This document shows, one piece after another, positions 30,517-41,016 of a stretch of DNA of 64,000 bases. Numbering within the stretch: position 1 is the first letter of the stretch; the number at the start of each line of letters is the position of its first letter. Position numbers and translations under genes: made by a program. This DNA is from an uncultured Candidatus Rokubacteria bacterium (lineage in GTDB: Bacteria; Methylomirabilota; Methylomirabilia; Rokubacteriales; CSP1-6): assembly GCA_963747235.1 (NCBI GenBank), contig CAVVEU010000004.1:64001-128000 (forward strand). Direction: 5' to 3'. The notes below the pieces were generated by a model. The model did no database searches. It saw only the letters and a list, made by a program, of their open reading frames with translations, and was not told the DNA's origin.

Positions 30517-31130
30517 ACAACCGAACGGACCACGGGTTCCTGATCCTGGCGGACGTTTCCGGCTTCACCGCCTTCGTGACCACCACGGAGCTCGAGCACG
30601 GCTCCGACATCATCGCGGCCCTTCTCGACGAGGTGGTCGGCCACCTCTCGCCGCCGCTCGAGATCCAGGAGATCGAGGGTGACGCGGTGTTCGCGCTCGG
30701 CGGGGAGGGATCTCCGCTGCCGAAGGCGCGGTTGCTCGAGGTCCTGGAAGACGCCTTCGCCGCCTTCAAGACGCGGCAGCGGGCGATGGCGGCCGACGAG
30801 ACCTGCGCCTGCGGCGCGTGCCAGCAGACCGGGACCCTCGATCTGAAGATGGTGGTCCACCACGGCCCGTTCCTGCGCCACACGGTGGGCGGGCGGGCCC
30901 GCGTGACCGGCACCGCGGTCATCCTGGTGCACCGGCTCCTGAAGAACGGGGTCGGGCGGAAGGGCGGCTACGCGCTCCTCACCGAGCCGGTGCTGCGGTC
31001 ACTCGGGATCGACGCGGTGGAGGCCGGGCTGCCGGCCCACACCGAGTCCTACGAGCACCTGGGCGACGTGCGCTGCTTCGTGCGCGACCTCACTCCCCCC
31101 CCTCTCCCCGCTGGGGAGAGGGCAGGGTGA
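30513..31130 (+). CDS. DUF2652 domain protein (nucleotide cyclase-like fold)
   Basis: LADVSGFT.F, EIEGDAVF, CACGAC, LKMVVHHG, ILVHRLLKN. Confidence 0.85.
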   Translation: MNNRTDHGFLILADVSGFTAFVTTTELEHGSDIIAALLDEVVGHLSPPLEIQEIEGDAVFALGGEGSPLPKARLLEVLEDAFAAFKTRQRAMAADETCACGACQQTGTLDLKMVVHHGPFLRHTVGGRARVTGTAVILVHRLLKNGVGRKGGYALLTEPVLRSLGIDAVEAGLPAHTESYEHLGDVRCFVRDLTPPPLPAGERAG

Positions 31131-31134
31131 GGGG
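31099..31134 (-). repeat. REP-like palindrome, copy 4
   Basis: CCCTCTCCCC-GCT-GGGGAGAGGG-CAGGGTGAGGGG. Confidence 0.85.
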
Positions 31135-31157
31135 TCGGGCAATGAGGGGCGCGAGCT

Positions 31158-32219
31158 TCACCCGCAGGCGATCGCGTAGACGTCGCCGACGCCGTCGGGC
31201 AGCCGTTCTTCGCGCCAGGTGCGCCCGGCGTCCTCGGTGCCGAAGACCTGGCCGGTGCGGCTCACGCAGTAGACGCGGTCGGCGTCGCGCGGGTGGAGCG
31301 CCACCGCCATCATCGTGCTCTCCGCCTTGACCCCGCGGTCGAAGCGCGTCCACGTCTCGCCCAGATCCGCGCTCCGGTAGAGCGAGCCGTCCTCGCTGCG
31401 CGCGGCCGGGCTCAGGCAGGCGTAGAGCACGCGCGGGTCCTGCGGCGACACGCGGATGTCGCGGCTGTAGGTCAGCGGGGAGAAGCGGCCGACCTCCATG
31501 TCCTTCCAGTGCGCCGCGTTGTCGGTGCTGCGGAAGAGGCCCATGCGCAGGGCCAGGATCACGGTGCCGGAGGCCGCCGGGCTCACGCAGAGGGCGTGGC
31601 CGTCGAGCATGCCCTCCATCTCGCTGTCGCTCACGATGCGGCTCTTGAGATGCGGCAGGTCGGAGAGCTTCACGAGGTCGCCGCTGCAATCATTCCAGGT
31701 CACGCCCCCGTCGAGGCTCCGCATGGCCCCGCCCACCTCGAGCGCGGCGTAGATGTGGTCGGGCTGGGCGGGATCGATCTCGATGCGCATCACGCGGCAC
31801 GCGAACGGCATCTTCACGCGCTCGGCCTGCACCGCGTTCGGCAGCTTCCGCCACGAGGCGCCCTCGTCGTCGCTGCGGTAGATGCCCACCGGCGAGGTGC
31901 CCGCGAAGAGCGTGCGCGGGTTCTTCGGATGCACCGTGATCGACCAGACCTGCCCGCCGTCCTCCGGGAAGGGCAGGCGCTCCCAGCGCTCGCCGCGATC
32001 CACGCTCCGGTAGGGGCCGTTCTGGGTGCCCACGTACACCACGTCCGGATTGGTCGGGTGCACCGTGATCGCCTGCACGTGCACGTCGTCCGGGAGGCCC
32101 TTGTTGCAGAGCTCCCAGCGCGACTCGCCATCCCCGCGGCGGAACACCCCGCTCTTGCTTCCGCCGGTCCACTTCGCCGCTCCAACGTAGACGTGAGAGG
32201 GACCCGTTGCCGTCGTCAT
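31158..32219 (-). CDS. BNR/Asp-box beta-propeller protein
   Basis: Repeated S-x-D-x-G-x-x-W (RSVDRGERW, RSDDEGASW, RSLDGGVTW, RSADLGETW). Confidence 0.88.
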   Translation of the reverse strand: MTTATGPSHVYVGAAKWTGGSKSGVFRRGDGESRWELCNKGLPDDVHVQAITVHPTNPDVVYVGTQNGPYRSVDRGERWERLPFPEDGGQVWSITVHPKNPRTLFAGTSPVGIYRSDDEGASWRKLPNAVQAERVKMPFACRVMRIEIDPAQPDHIYAALEVGGAMRSLDGGVTWNDCSGDLVKLSDLPHLKSRIVSDSEMEGMLDGHALCVSPAASGTVILALRMGLFRSTDNAAHWKDMEVGRFSPLTYSRDIRVSPQDPRVLYACLSPAARSEDGSLYRSADLGETWTRFDRGVKAESTMMAVALHPRDADRVYCVSRTGQVFGTEDAGRTWREERLPDGVGDVYAIACG

Positions 32220-32304
32220 GGACGCTCCCCTTTCGGTGCCGCGCTACCCTTGTGCGGCGTGGTGGGCCAAAGCATAAGCAGCCCCGGCGGTCTACGCAAG
32301 CGCC

Positions 32305-32779
32305 CTAAGCGCACCACTCGCGGGGCCCGTCGTCGGTGAAGCCGCACTGCTCGCACGGGTGGAAGAAGTGCCAGGCGGGCGGCATCGCCACCGCCAGGCG
32401 CAGCGACAGCTCGGTGCCCACGTTCTTGATGTGGTGCACGGCGCCGCGCGGCACCCACACGATGTCGTCCTTGGCCGCGTCCACCACCACCCCGCCGGTC
32501 AGCTCCCACTGAAGGCGCCCCGCCAGCACCACCCACCACTCGTCGAACTCGCGATGCCAGTGCGGCCGGTTGCCGCCGCCGGGCGGGGAGGCGATGAGGG
32601 TCACCAGGTTGCGCTCGTCGCTGATGATGCGGCGCGACCACGGGCCCGGGCCCATCTGCGCGACGACCTCCGCGACCCGCGTGCGCAGCGGAGTCGAGCC
32701 GGCGCCGCCCGCGGGGGCGGTGGGGCCCGCGGCCAGGCGATCGATGATGATGCTGATCGGGGACGAGACGGTGGACATG
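32305..32779 (-). CDS. Cupin domain protein
   Basis: HWHREFDEWW and VPRGAVHHIKN; GGAGG RBS. Confidence 0.85.
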
Positions 32780-32885
32780 GTGGCGCCTCCCGGCAGAGAG
32801 CATACCCGCGGGGCCCGGGGGCGCAAGCGGTTGCGGGCGCCCGACCGGCTCGCTTATGATCGGGACCCCGGAAGGAGGGCACGCC

Positions 32886-33824
32886 ATGTCACTGACGACG
32901 AGGACGCTCCACCCCCTGTTCGGCGCCGAGATCGTGGGCGTCGACGTCAAGAGCGTGGACGAGGCGACGTTCCAGGCCATCGTCGCCGCGTTCAACGAGC
33001 ACTCGGTGCTGCTCTTCCGCGGGCAGTCCCTCACCGACGAGGAGCAGGTCGCGTTCAGCCGGCGCTTCGGGCCCCTCGAGGTGACCATCCGGAGCATCAA
33101 TACCCTGGAGAACACCCCGCCCCACATCTCGAACCTCTCCAACGTGGACGCGGCCGGCCGGCTGATCCCGGCGGGGGACAAGCGCAACCTCTTCAACGCG
33201 GGCAACCAGATGTGGCACACCGACAGCTCGTTCAAGAAGGTGCCCGCGATGGCCTCGCTCCTGTCCGGGCGCGAGATCCCCCCCGAGGGCGGCGAGACGC
33301 AGTTCGCGAGCATGCGGGTGGCGTACGAGCGCCTGCCGGTGGACATGCAGCGCTTCCTCGAGGACAAGGTGGCCGTCCACAGCTTCGTGTACTCGCGCGG
33401 GCTCGTGGATGACGGCTTGATGCCGCCCGAGCACGCGGCCCAGGTGCCCCCGGTGCGCCAGGCCCTGGTGCGCGCGAACCCGGCCAACGGGCGCAAGGCG
33501 TTCTACGTGGGCTCGCACGCGTGCGAGATCGTGGGCATGCCCACCGCGGAGGCGCGCGCGCTCCTGCGCGAGCTGCGGGAGGCCGCCACGCGGCCGGAGC
33601 TGGTCTACACGCACGAGTGGCGCGTCGGCGATCTCGTCATGTGGGACAACCGCTGCATGCTCCACCGCGGCCGGCCGTGGGACGAGTCGCGCTACCGCCG
33701 CGTCATGCACCGCACCACGGTGGCCGGCGAGGGGCCGACCGCGCCCGACGAGGGGCCGGCCCAGGTCAGCCCGGCCCGCGAGGTGGACGTGACGTGGGGC
33801 CGCTCGCAGCTCGAGATGGTCTGA
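32886..33824 (+). CDS. TauD/TfdA family Fe(II)/2-oxoglutarate dioxygenase
   Basis: WHTDSSF, GGETQFA, WDNRCMLHR, RVMHRTT. Confidence 0.92.
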   Translation: MSLTTRTLHPLFGAEIVGVDVKSVDEATFQAIVAAFNEHSVLLFRGQSLTDEEQVAFSRRFGPLEVTIRSINTLENTPPHISNLSNVDAAGRLIPAGDKRNLFNAGNQMWHTDSSFKKVPAMASLLSGREIPPEGGETQFASMRVAYERLPVDMQRFLEDKVAVHSFVYSRGLVDDGLMPPEHAAQVPPVRQALVRANPANGRKAFYVGSHACEIVGMPTAEARALLRELREAATRPELVYTHEWRVGDLVMWDNRCMLHRGRPWDESRYRRVMHRTTVAGEGPTAPDEGPAQVSPAREVDVTWGRSQLEMV

Positions 33825-33827
33825 GCC

Positions 33828-34458
33828 CTGGACGACGTCGTCGTCATCGGCCATCCGCTCGTGCAGCACAAGCTCGGCCTCATGCGGAAGCGCGAGACGA
33901 GCACGTCCGAGTTCCGCAGCCTGCTCGCCGAGATCAGCATGCTGCTGGCCTACGAGGTGACCCGCGAGCTGCCCACCCACGAGGTCGCGGCGGAGACCCC
34001 GGTGGGCCCCACCACGATCCGGCTGCTCGACGGCAAGAAGATCGTGCTCATCTCGATCCTGCGCGCGGGCAACGGGCTCCTCGACGGCATGCTCCGCATC
34101 CTGCCGAGCGCGCGCGTCGGCCACGTGGGCCTCTACCGCGATCCGAAGACGCTCCAGGCGGTGGAGTACTACTTCAAGGTGCCGACCGGGATGGCGGATG
34201 CGGGACGCGGTCGTGCTCGACCCCATGCTCGCCACCGGCAACTCGGCGGTCGCGGCGGTGCACCGGGTGAAGGCGACCGGCCCGCGCTCGATCCGGTTCG
34301 TCTGCCTGCTGACCTGCCCGGAAGGGCTCGAGCACTTCCACCGCGAGCATCCCGACGTGCCGGTCTACACCGCGGCCATCGACAGCCACCTGAACGACCA
34401 TGGCTACATCGTCCCCGGCCTGGGCGACGCGGGCGACCGGCTCTTCGGCACCAAGTGA
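33828..34458 (+). CDS. upp: Uracil phosphoribosyltransferase; frameshift near 34200
   Basis: [42 protein letters not shown]. Confidence 0.95.
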
Positions 34459-35207
34459 GACTCGCGGGCAAGGTCGCCCTGATCAGCGGGGGCGCGCGCG
34501 GCATGGGCGCGTCGGAGGCGATCCTGTTCGCGCGGGAAGGCGCCCGCGTGGTCCTGGGCGACATCCTCGACGCGGAGGGCAAGGCGGTCGAGGCCGAGAT
34601 CGCGGGCAAGGGCGGGGAGGCGGTCTACGTGCGCCTCGACGTGACGAGCGAGCCGGACTGGGAGCGCGCGGTGGCCACCGCGGTCTCGCGCTTCGGGCGG
34701 CTCGACGTGCTCGTGAACAACGCGGGGGTGGGCGGCGGCAGCCTGCTCGAGCACACCACCGCGGAGGCGTGGGACCACGGCATGGACGTCAACGCCAAGG
34801 GCGTGTTCCTCGGCACCAAGGCCGCGATCCCCGCGATGCGCCGGAGCGGCGGCGGCTCGATCGTCAACATCTCCTCGCAGCTCGGGATGGTGGGGCTCGA
34901 GCGCAGCAGCCCGCAGTACCAGGCCAGCAAGGGCGCGGTGCGCACGCTGACCAAGCTGACCGCGGTGCAGTACGCGCGCGAGCGCATCCGCGCCAACTCG
35001 GTGCACCCCGGGCCGATCGTGACCCCGATGACCGAGGCGCGCCGCGGCGACCCCGGCCACTACGAGTACATGGTCTCGCGCATCCCGCTCGGCCGCTACG
35101 GCGAGCCGGACGAGGTCGCCTACGGGGTGCTGTACCTCGCCTCGGACGAGTCGTCGTTCGTCACCGGGAGCGAGCTGGTGATCGACGGAGGCTGGACGGC
35201 CCAGTAG
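34455..35207 (+). CDS. SDR family oxidoreductase
   Basis: [26 protein letters not shown]. Confidence 0.92.
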   Translation: MRLAGKVALISGGARGMGASEAILFAREGARVVLGDILDAEGKAVEAEIAGKGGEAVYVRLDVTSEPDWERAVATAVSRFGRLDVLVNNAGVGGGSLLEHTTAEAWDHGMDVNAKGVFLGTKAAIPAMRRSGGGSIVNISSQLGMVGLERSSPQYQASKGAVRTLTKLTAVQYARERIRANSVHPGPIVTPMTEARRGDPGHYEYMVSRIPLGRYGEPDEVAYGVLYLASDESSFVTGSELVIDGGWTAQ

Positions 35208-35262
35208 CATCGGATCAACCGCAGCGCCCGAAGCTCCCACGCAGTCGAAAAGGAGTGGAGTC

Positions 35263-35880
35263 ATGATCTACGAGATCCGCACGTACCGCGTGAAGGTGGG
35301 CAGCCTCCCCGAGGTGGAGAAGCGCTTCGGCGAGGGTTACGAGCACCGCAAGAAGATCTCCCCGCTCGCCGCGTTCTGGCACACCGAGATCGGGCCGCTG
35401 AACGAGATCATCCACGTCTGGCCCTACGAGAACATCGGCGAGCGCAACCGCCTGCGGGCGGACGCGGTGAAGGCGGGCAACTGGCCCCCCAAGATCGCCG
35501 AGTTCATCGAGACCATGCAGTCGGAGATCGTGGTGCCGTTCGCGTTCCTGCCCGATCTGAAGCCGGGCAAGATGGGTCCGTTCTTCGAGATGCGCTACTA
35601 CGCGATGAAGGCGGGCACGCTCCCGGACCTGATCAAGCGCTGGGAGTCGAAGATCGAGGAGCGCGTCAAGATGTCCCCGATCGCGCTCGCCGGCCACGTC
35701 GAGCACGGCGAGGCCAACCGCTTCATCCACATCTGGGCCTACAAGAGCCTCGACGAGCGGACCGCGGTGCGGAACAAGGCGCGGGAGATGGGCGTGTGGC
35801 CGCCCCCGGGCGGCAGCGACACGCTGCTCACGATGGCCAACAAGATCATGCTCCCGTCGGCCTTCTCGCCCGTCCAGTAA
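35263..35880 (+). CDS. NIPSNAP family protein (two domains)
   Basis: MIYEIRTY, LNEIIHVWPY, FEMRYY, FIHIWAY. Confidence 0.9.
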   Translation: MIYEIRTYRVKVGSLPEVEKRFGEGYEHRKKISPLAAFWHTEIGPLNEIIHVWPYENIGERNRLRADAVKAGNWPPKIAEFIETMQSEIVVPFAFLPDLKPGKMGPFFEMRYYAMKAGTLPDLIKRWESKIEERVKMSPIALAGHVEHGEANRFIHIWAYKSLDERTAVRNKAREMGVWPPPGGSDTLLTMANKIMLPSAFSPVQ

Positions 35881-35887
35881 CCGGCGT

Positions 35888-36659
35888 CTAGGCGGGCGGC
35901 AAGCCGTCGAGGAAGTCGAGCAGCACGCGGTTGAAGGCCTCCGGCTGGTCGAGGTTCGAGGAGTGTCCGGCGCCCCGGATCACCTCGAGCCTCGCCCCGG
36001 GGATCTTCTTCGCCATGTACTCGCAGGGGGCGAGGAACGGCTGGTCCTGATCGCCCACGATGATGAGGGTGGGCACCCGGATGCCCGCGAGCCCGTCCAT
36101 CACCCGCGAGCCCTCCTGCGCGAGCATGCCCCGCGCGGCGTGGGCGAGGCCCTGGGCCGAGCGGTGGAGGCTCGCCGATTCCCGGACCTCGCGGCTCTGG
36201 CCGAGGGCCTCGAGGCCGCGCGTCTCGAGCGACCACCGCGCGCTCGCGGGCGCGCGCGTTCCACGCCTCGCGCGCGTCCGCGCTGCGGTAGCCGGGGCCG
36301 GAGTCGCAGATCACGAGCGCGCGCGTCATCTGGGGATGCTCGAGCGCGAAGCCGAGCGAGACGTACCCGCCGAGAGACAGCCCGCCGATCACCGCCCGCT
36401 CCACCCCCAGGTGGCCGAGCAGGGCCTTCATGTCCGCGATGGTGAGCGGGGACGAATACCGCGCCGGGTCCGCCGGGCTCTCGGTCGCGCCGTGCCCGCG
36501 CATGCTCCAGCTGATGACGCGATAGCGGTCGCCGAGCGCGCGGTGCTGGTCGTCCCACATGCGGCGGGTGGCGGAATAGCCGTGGCTCAGGAGCACCGCG
36601 GGGCCGGCGCCGGTCGCCTCGTAGTCGATCTCGATGCCGTTCAGATTCGCTCGCGCCAT
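35888..36659 (-). CDS. Alpha/beta hydrolase; frameshifted
   Basis: SHGYS, GLSLGG nucleophile elbow, AGHSSN. Confidence 0.88.
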
Positions 36660-36756
36660 CGGGAGCCGCTCCTTTCGCGCCGGATTGCGCCCGAGTATGC
36701 CAGAATCCCCGCATGCAAACCATCCGGCGCCGGCGCCGCGCCGTGAGGAGCCGGCC

Positions 36757-38255
36757 ATGAGACTGCTGAGCCCCGACGAGCTGCATGCAGCTCCTGCCCG
36801 CCGAGACCCACGCCTTCCGCGGGCCCGTGCCCACCCAGATCGTGTCCAGCGAGGAGTATTTCCCGACGCCGCAGACCGCGGCGCAGCGGGAGGTCGAGGC
36901 GCGGCTCCGGGCGCTGGGCGACGAGCTGGGCGCGCGCCAGGGCGTGAGCCGCCGCGCCTTCTTCCGCACCGCGGCGGGCATGGCGGCGGCCTACGTGGCC
37001 ATGAACGAGGTGTACGGGCCGCTCTTCGCGGCCACGCGCGCCGAGGCCGCCGACAAGGATATGGCCGCGGACCGCGCGAAGGCCCTCGCGGGGCAGTTCA
37101 TCATGGACACCCACACGCATTTCTTGAAGGACGACACGCGTCTCACCGGCTTCGTGCGGATGCGGGAATCGGTGGGCCGGGCGGGCTGGAACCCGGGGCT
37201 GGCGGGCCGGCCGCAGACCATCGAAGATCTGAAATTCGACAACTACTTCAAGGAGATCTTCCTCGACAGCGACACCAAGGTCGCGCTCATCAGCAGCGCG
37301 CCCTCCGACGTGCCGTCCGACTGGTTCCTCACCAATGAGATGATGGCGCAGGCCCGCGCCACCGTGAACGCGCGCCTCGGCGGGCGCCGGCTGCTCACCC
37401 ACGCCATCTTCACGCCGGGGCAGCCCGGCTGGATGGAGGCGCTCGAGCGCGCCCTCGTGGATCTCAAGCCCGATTCGATGAAGGGCTACACGATCGGCGA
37501 CAACACCAACAAGGACCAGAGCCGGCACCCGTGGCGGCTCGACGACGAGAAGCTCCTCTACCCGGCCTACGAGAAGATGGCGAAGGCGGGCGTCGTCAAC
37601 GTCTGCGTCCACAAGGGCCTCTTCGCGCCCGCGCTCGACCAGCGGTTCCCGACCCTGCGCGCCTACTGCGACGTGCGCGACGTGGGCAAGGCGGCCAAGG
37701 ACTGGCCGCAGCTCAACTTCATCATCTACCACGGGGCCTATCGCTTCGCGGGCGGCGGCGATCCCGCCGACGCGCTGGCCCAGTTCGAGCAGACCGGCCG
37801 CGTGGAGTGGGTGACCGACCTGGCCGAGATCCCCGGGAAGTACGGCGTGAGCAACGTCTACGCCGATCTCGGCCAGCTCTTCGCGCTGACGACGGTGGCC
37901 CAGCCGCGGCTCACCGCGGCGCTCATGGGCATGCTGGTGCGCGGCATGGGCGCCGATCACGTCATCTGGGGGACCGACGCGGTGTGGACCGGGCGCGCCG
38001 CAATGGCAGATCGAAGGGCTGCGCCGGCTCGAGATCCCGGAGGACATGCAGAAGAAGCACGGCTTCACGCCACTCGGCGCGGCCGACGGCCCGGTGAAGA
38101 CCGCGATCTTCGGGGAGAACGTCGCGCGCCTCTACCGCTACAACCGCCACGCGGAGCTGGCCGGGCCGAGCCGGCTCGCCGAGCTCCAGGCCGAGTACGA
38201 GCGCCGCGGGATGGGCCGCAGCAACCGCCGCTACGGCTACGTCGTGCGCGGCTGA
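36757..38255 (+). CDS. Amidohydrolase family protein; frameshifted
   Basis: MDTHTH, VCVHKG, IIYHG, IWGTD. Confidence 0.85.
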
Positions 38256-38279
38256 GCCGGCGGAGGGATCACGAGGCCT

Positions 38280-39025
38280 TCACGGGAAGGTCTCGCCCTT
38301 GCGCTGGTAGGTGATCTCGAGCTGCAGGGACTTGAGGATCGTCGAGCAGTGGATGTTTTCCTTCCCCGGCAGGCTCTCGGCGTAGGCGGACGGCGCGAAG
38401 AAGAACCCGAAGGCCGTTCCGGTGTCCACCCACTTCTGGATCACCTTCCGGAGATCCTCGGTCGCGATGCCCTTGGCGAGCGGCGGCTGATCGAGCTCGT
38501 CGGAGAGGAGATTGCCGGGCGTGCCGGACGACGTGCTCCAGGGGGCGGTCGCCTCGAAGAGTCGCCTGAAGCAGTCGGCGGGCTGGTTCGAGGAGTGGCT
38601 CCCGCCGTGCTGATGCGCCGACCACGGATCCCAGGCGAGCCTGGCCGTGACGACCTTCTCGATCGGCGGAACGATCGTGAGGTTGAAGTTGACGTAGGCC
38701 CGCGTCGCCGTGCTCGCCCACTTCCAGCACGGCACGGGCTCGGTCCCGGGGTCGTGGATCCGGTCCGAGCCGACCTCGGGCGGTTTCCCGGCGAGGTCCT
38801 CGAGCGTCCAGGCCGGCGGGCACGTGGTGTACAGATTGATTCCGCAGCTCCCGAGCAAAGCCTCCGCCCGAGCCCGAAGCTCCCTTGCAGGCCTGAGCCG
38901 TCACCATCCCGACCTGCGAGGTCGAGCTGGGCTGGAAGACGTGTTGGTAGGTGGTCTTCCCGCTACAGGCGAGTAGCAGGGCGAACAGGGCGCAGTAGAG
39001 GCCGACGCGGGCGAGAGAGGTTCAT
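38280..39025 (-). CDS. Hypothetical Cys-rich lipoprotein; frameshifted
   Basis: GGAGG RBS, LFALLLAC lipobox in an alternate frame, ORF 38280-38858. Confidence 0.55.
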
Positions 39026-39049
39026 GGCGTTCCTCCCGCGCGGAAGCCG

Positions 39050-39065
39050 AGCATTCGGTATGCCA
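39050..39065 (-). promoter_or_regulatory. Sigma-54 -24/-12 promoter
   Basis: TGGCATA-CCGA-ATGCT on the minus strand. Confidence 0.5.
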
Positions 39066-39174
39066 GCGCGGAGCGCCTGCCAACATCGCGTCCGGTCACG
39101 ACATGCGCCTTGTGCGGTCCGGCGCAACTGTCGTCGCGAGAACGGCCGTCAGGGCACGGACGTCGAGGGGCCGC

Positions 39175-39564
39175 TCAGCGCGTGGCGGCGGGGCCCGCCC
39201 ACACCCAGACGTAGGGGTAGTCCACGCCGTTGCCGTGGCGCGCCCAGCGTCCGGTCGGCAGCGTGATCTCGGGCGCGGGCTCGACTCGCGGCGTCGGCAC
39301 GTAGACCAGGCTCGGCGGCGACGGGACGATCACGTAGACCGGGGGCGGCGGGATCACGACCACCGGCGGCGCCGGCGGGAGATACCCCCCGCCCAGACAG
39401 CAGCCGATGAACGGATGCGGCCGGGCAATCGGCCGGGACGGGCGGTGATGCGGGCGGGACATCGAGCCTGGGCCGCCGCCCGTCCGGTCGTCGGCCCAGG
39501 CGCCCGCGGGACCCAGCGTGAGCAGGCCGAGGGCGACCAGCGCGAGGCTGATGAGACGGCGCAT
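39175..39564 (-). CDS. Secreted Pro-rich hypothetical protein
   Basis: Signal peptide, PPAPPVVVIPPPP; C-terminal HGNGVDYPYVWVW resembles the end of 8449-8871. Confidence 0.7.
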   Translation of the reverse strand: MRRLISLALVALGLLTLGPAGAWADDRTGGGPGSMSRPHHRPSRPIARPHPFIGCCLGGGYLPPAPPVVVIPPPPVYVIVPSPPSLVYVPTPRVEPAPEITLPTGRWARHGNGVDYPYVWVWAGPAATR

Positions 39565-39898
39565 GACCGAAGTCTACTCCTCCTCCCGCTTGACAACGAG
39601 CGCGCGCGGCGGTCTTCTGGAAATCGACGGAGGGTGAGGCGCCGCCGACCGTCGTGCGGTGAACCCCCAAGGAGGTCAGGATATGGAGAACACGCCACCC
39701 GGCTCGTACGGCGCGTCGTCGGGCGTGGGACCTGCCTGATGACGCGCGAGCTCAGCTAGAGCACCCCAGATCCCGGCCCTTGGTCGGGACATGCCGCAGG
39801 CATGAGCCTGCGCGCGAGAAAGCAAGGCCCGGCAGGCGGCTGACCGGTTCCGCCGCCGGGCCGTTTCTCTCACGAGCGTACTTGGAGGAAGACGCGGC

Positions 39899-40644
39899 AT
39901 GGCGCAGTGGGACCAGATGGCCGTCGACGGGTCCCCGATGCGTCTCTACGTCGGCATGCCGAGCCTCGGCCGGGCCTTCCCCGCGGTGATCGTCATCCAC
40001 CACGGCCCCGGCGTGGACAAGTTCGTCGAGGACCGGGTGGAGAACCTGGCCCAGCAGGGCTACCTGGCCATCGCCCCCGACCTCTACCATCGCCAGACGA
40101 GCGCCCGGTATGTCGCGACGACGGCGACATGATGACCCGCATCGGCCGGCTCCGGGATCCGGAGGTGATCGCCGACGTCAACGCCGCGGTCAACTACGCG
40201 CGACGGCTGAAGGACACGCAGCTCGGCGACGTCGGGATCATCGGCTTCTGCATGGGCGGGCGCGTGGCCTACCTGATGGCGGCCTCCAAGCCGGTGTTCA
40301 AGGCGGCGGCGGTCTTCTACGGCGGCAACATCATGAAGGCGTGGGGGAACGGGCCGACCCCGTTCGACCTGACGCCCTACATCCACTGTCCGATCGCGGG
40401 GTTCTTCGGCGCGGAGGATGCCAATCCCTCGCCGGCGGACGTGGACCGGATCTCCGCCCAGCTCGACAAGTACCGCAAGGCTCATGAGTTCCACCGCTAC
40501 CCGGACGCGGGGCACGCGTTTGCCAACTTCACGAATCCGGCCGCCTACCGGGAAGGCCCCGCGCGCGACGCGTGGGACAAGCTCATCCCGTTCCTGCAGC
40601 GCAGCCTGCAGACGAGCCGCCAGCCGCGCCAGCGACTGACCTGA
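39899..40644 (+). CDS. Dienelactone hydrolase family protein; frameshift near 40110
   Basis: AIAPDLYHR, GFCMGG, YPDAGHAF. Confidence 0.9.
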
Positions 40645-40650
40645 GCCCGG

Positions 40651-40845
40651 TCAGGCCGCGGTGGGCGAGAGCCTCGGCGCGGGGGCGTCGCCCCGTCGCG
40701 CGGGGGGCGGCGTGACCGGGTAGCCCTGGAGCACGTCGTAGAAGACCTGGCACCAGGGGCAATCCACGCCGCCGTCCATGGCCGCGCAGGTACAGCGGCC
40801 TTCGAACTGGGTCGCGATCTTCGCTGCGTTCTCGCGAACGTTCAT
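40651..40845 (-). CDS. Small Cys-rich protein (64 aa; CxC...CxxC)
   Basis: GGAGG RBS; MNVRENAAKIATQFEGRCTCAAMDGGVDCPWCQVFYDVLQG. Confidence 0.7.
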   Translation of the reverse strand: MNVRENAAKIATQFEGRCTCAAMDGGVDCPWCQVFYDVLQGYPVTPPPARRGDAPAPRLSPTAA

Positions 40846-40929
40846 GATCGGCCTCCGTGATCTGGACGGTAGCCCCGACCTGCGACGGCTTGATGGCAGC
40901 CGGATGAAGAGCTCATCACTCTCATGAAT

Positions 40930-40945
40930 AGCAATCGAGATGCCA
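40930..40945 (-). promoter_or_regulatory. Sigma-54 -24/-12 promoter
   Basis: TGGCATC-TCGA-TTGCT on the minus strand. Confidence 0.65.
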
Positions 40946-41016
40946 CGCGGGAGGTTCCGCGAAGGTGGCGACAACACAGCCCGGGCGGGCCGGTCCGGTC
41001 GGAAATCCGGGTGTTC

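Noticed and set aside
28989-33824. Secondary-metabolite biosynthetic cluster (ABM, TauD, cupin)
   Set aside because: There is no core NRPS/PKS/RiPP/terpene gene and orientations are mixed.
33822-33850. TauD TGA followed in frame by upp and a small GACGAC/GTCGTC hairpin, as a possible second Sec site
   Set aside because: The position does not correspond to a catalytic Cys, and the hairpin derives from Asp/Val codons.
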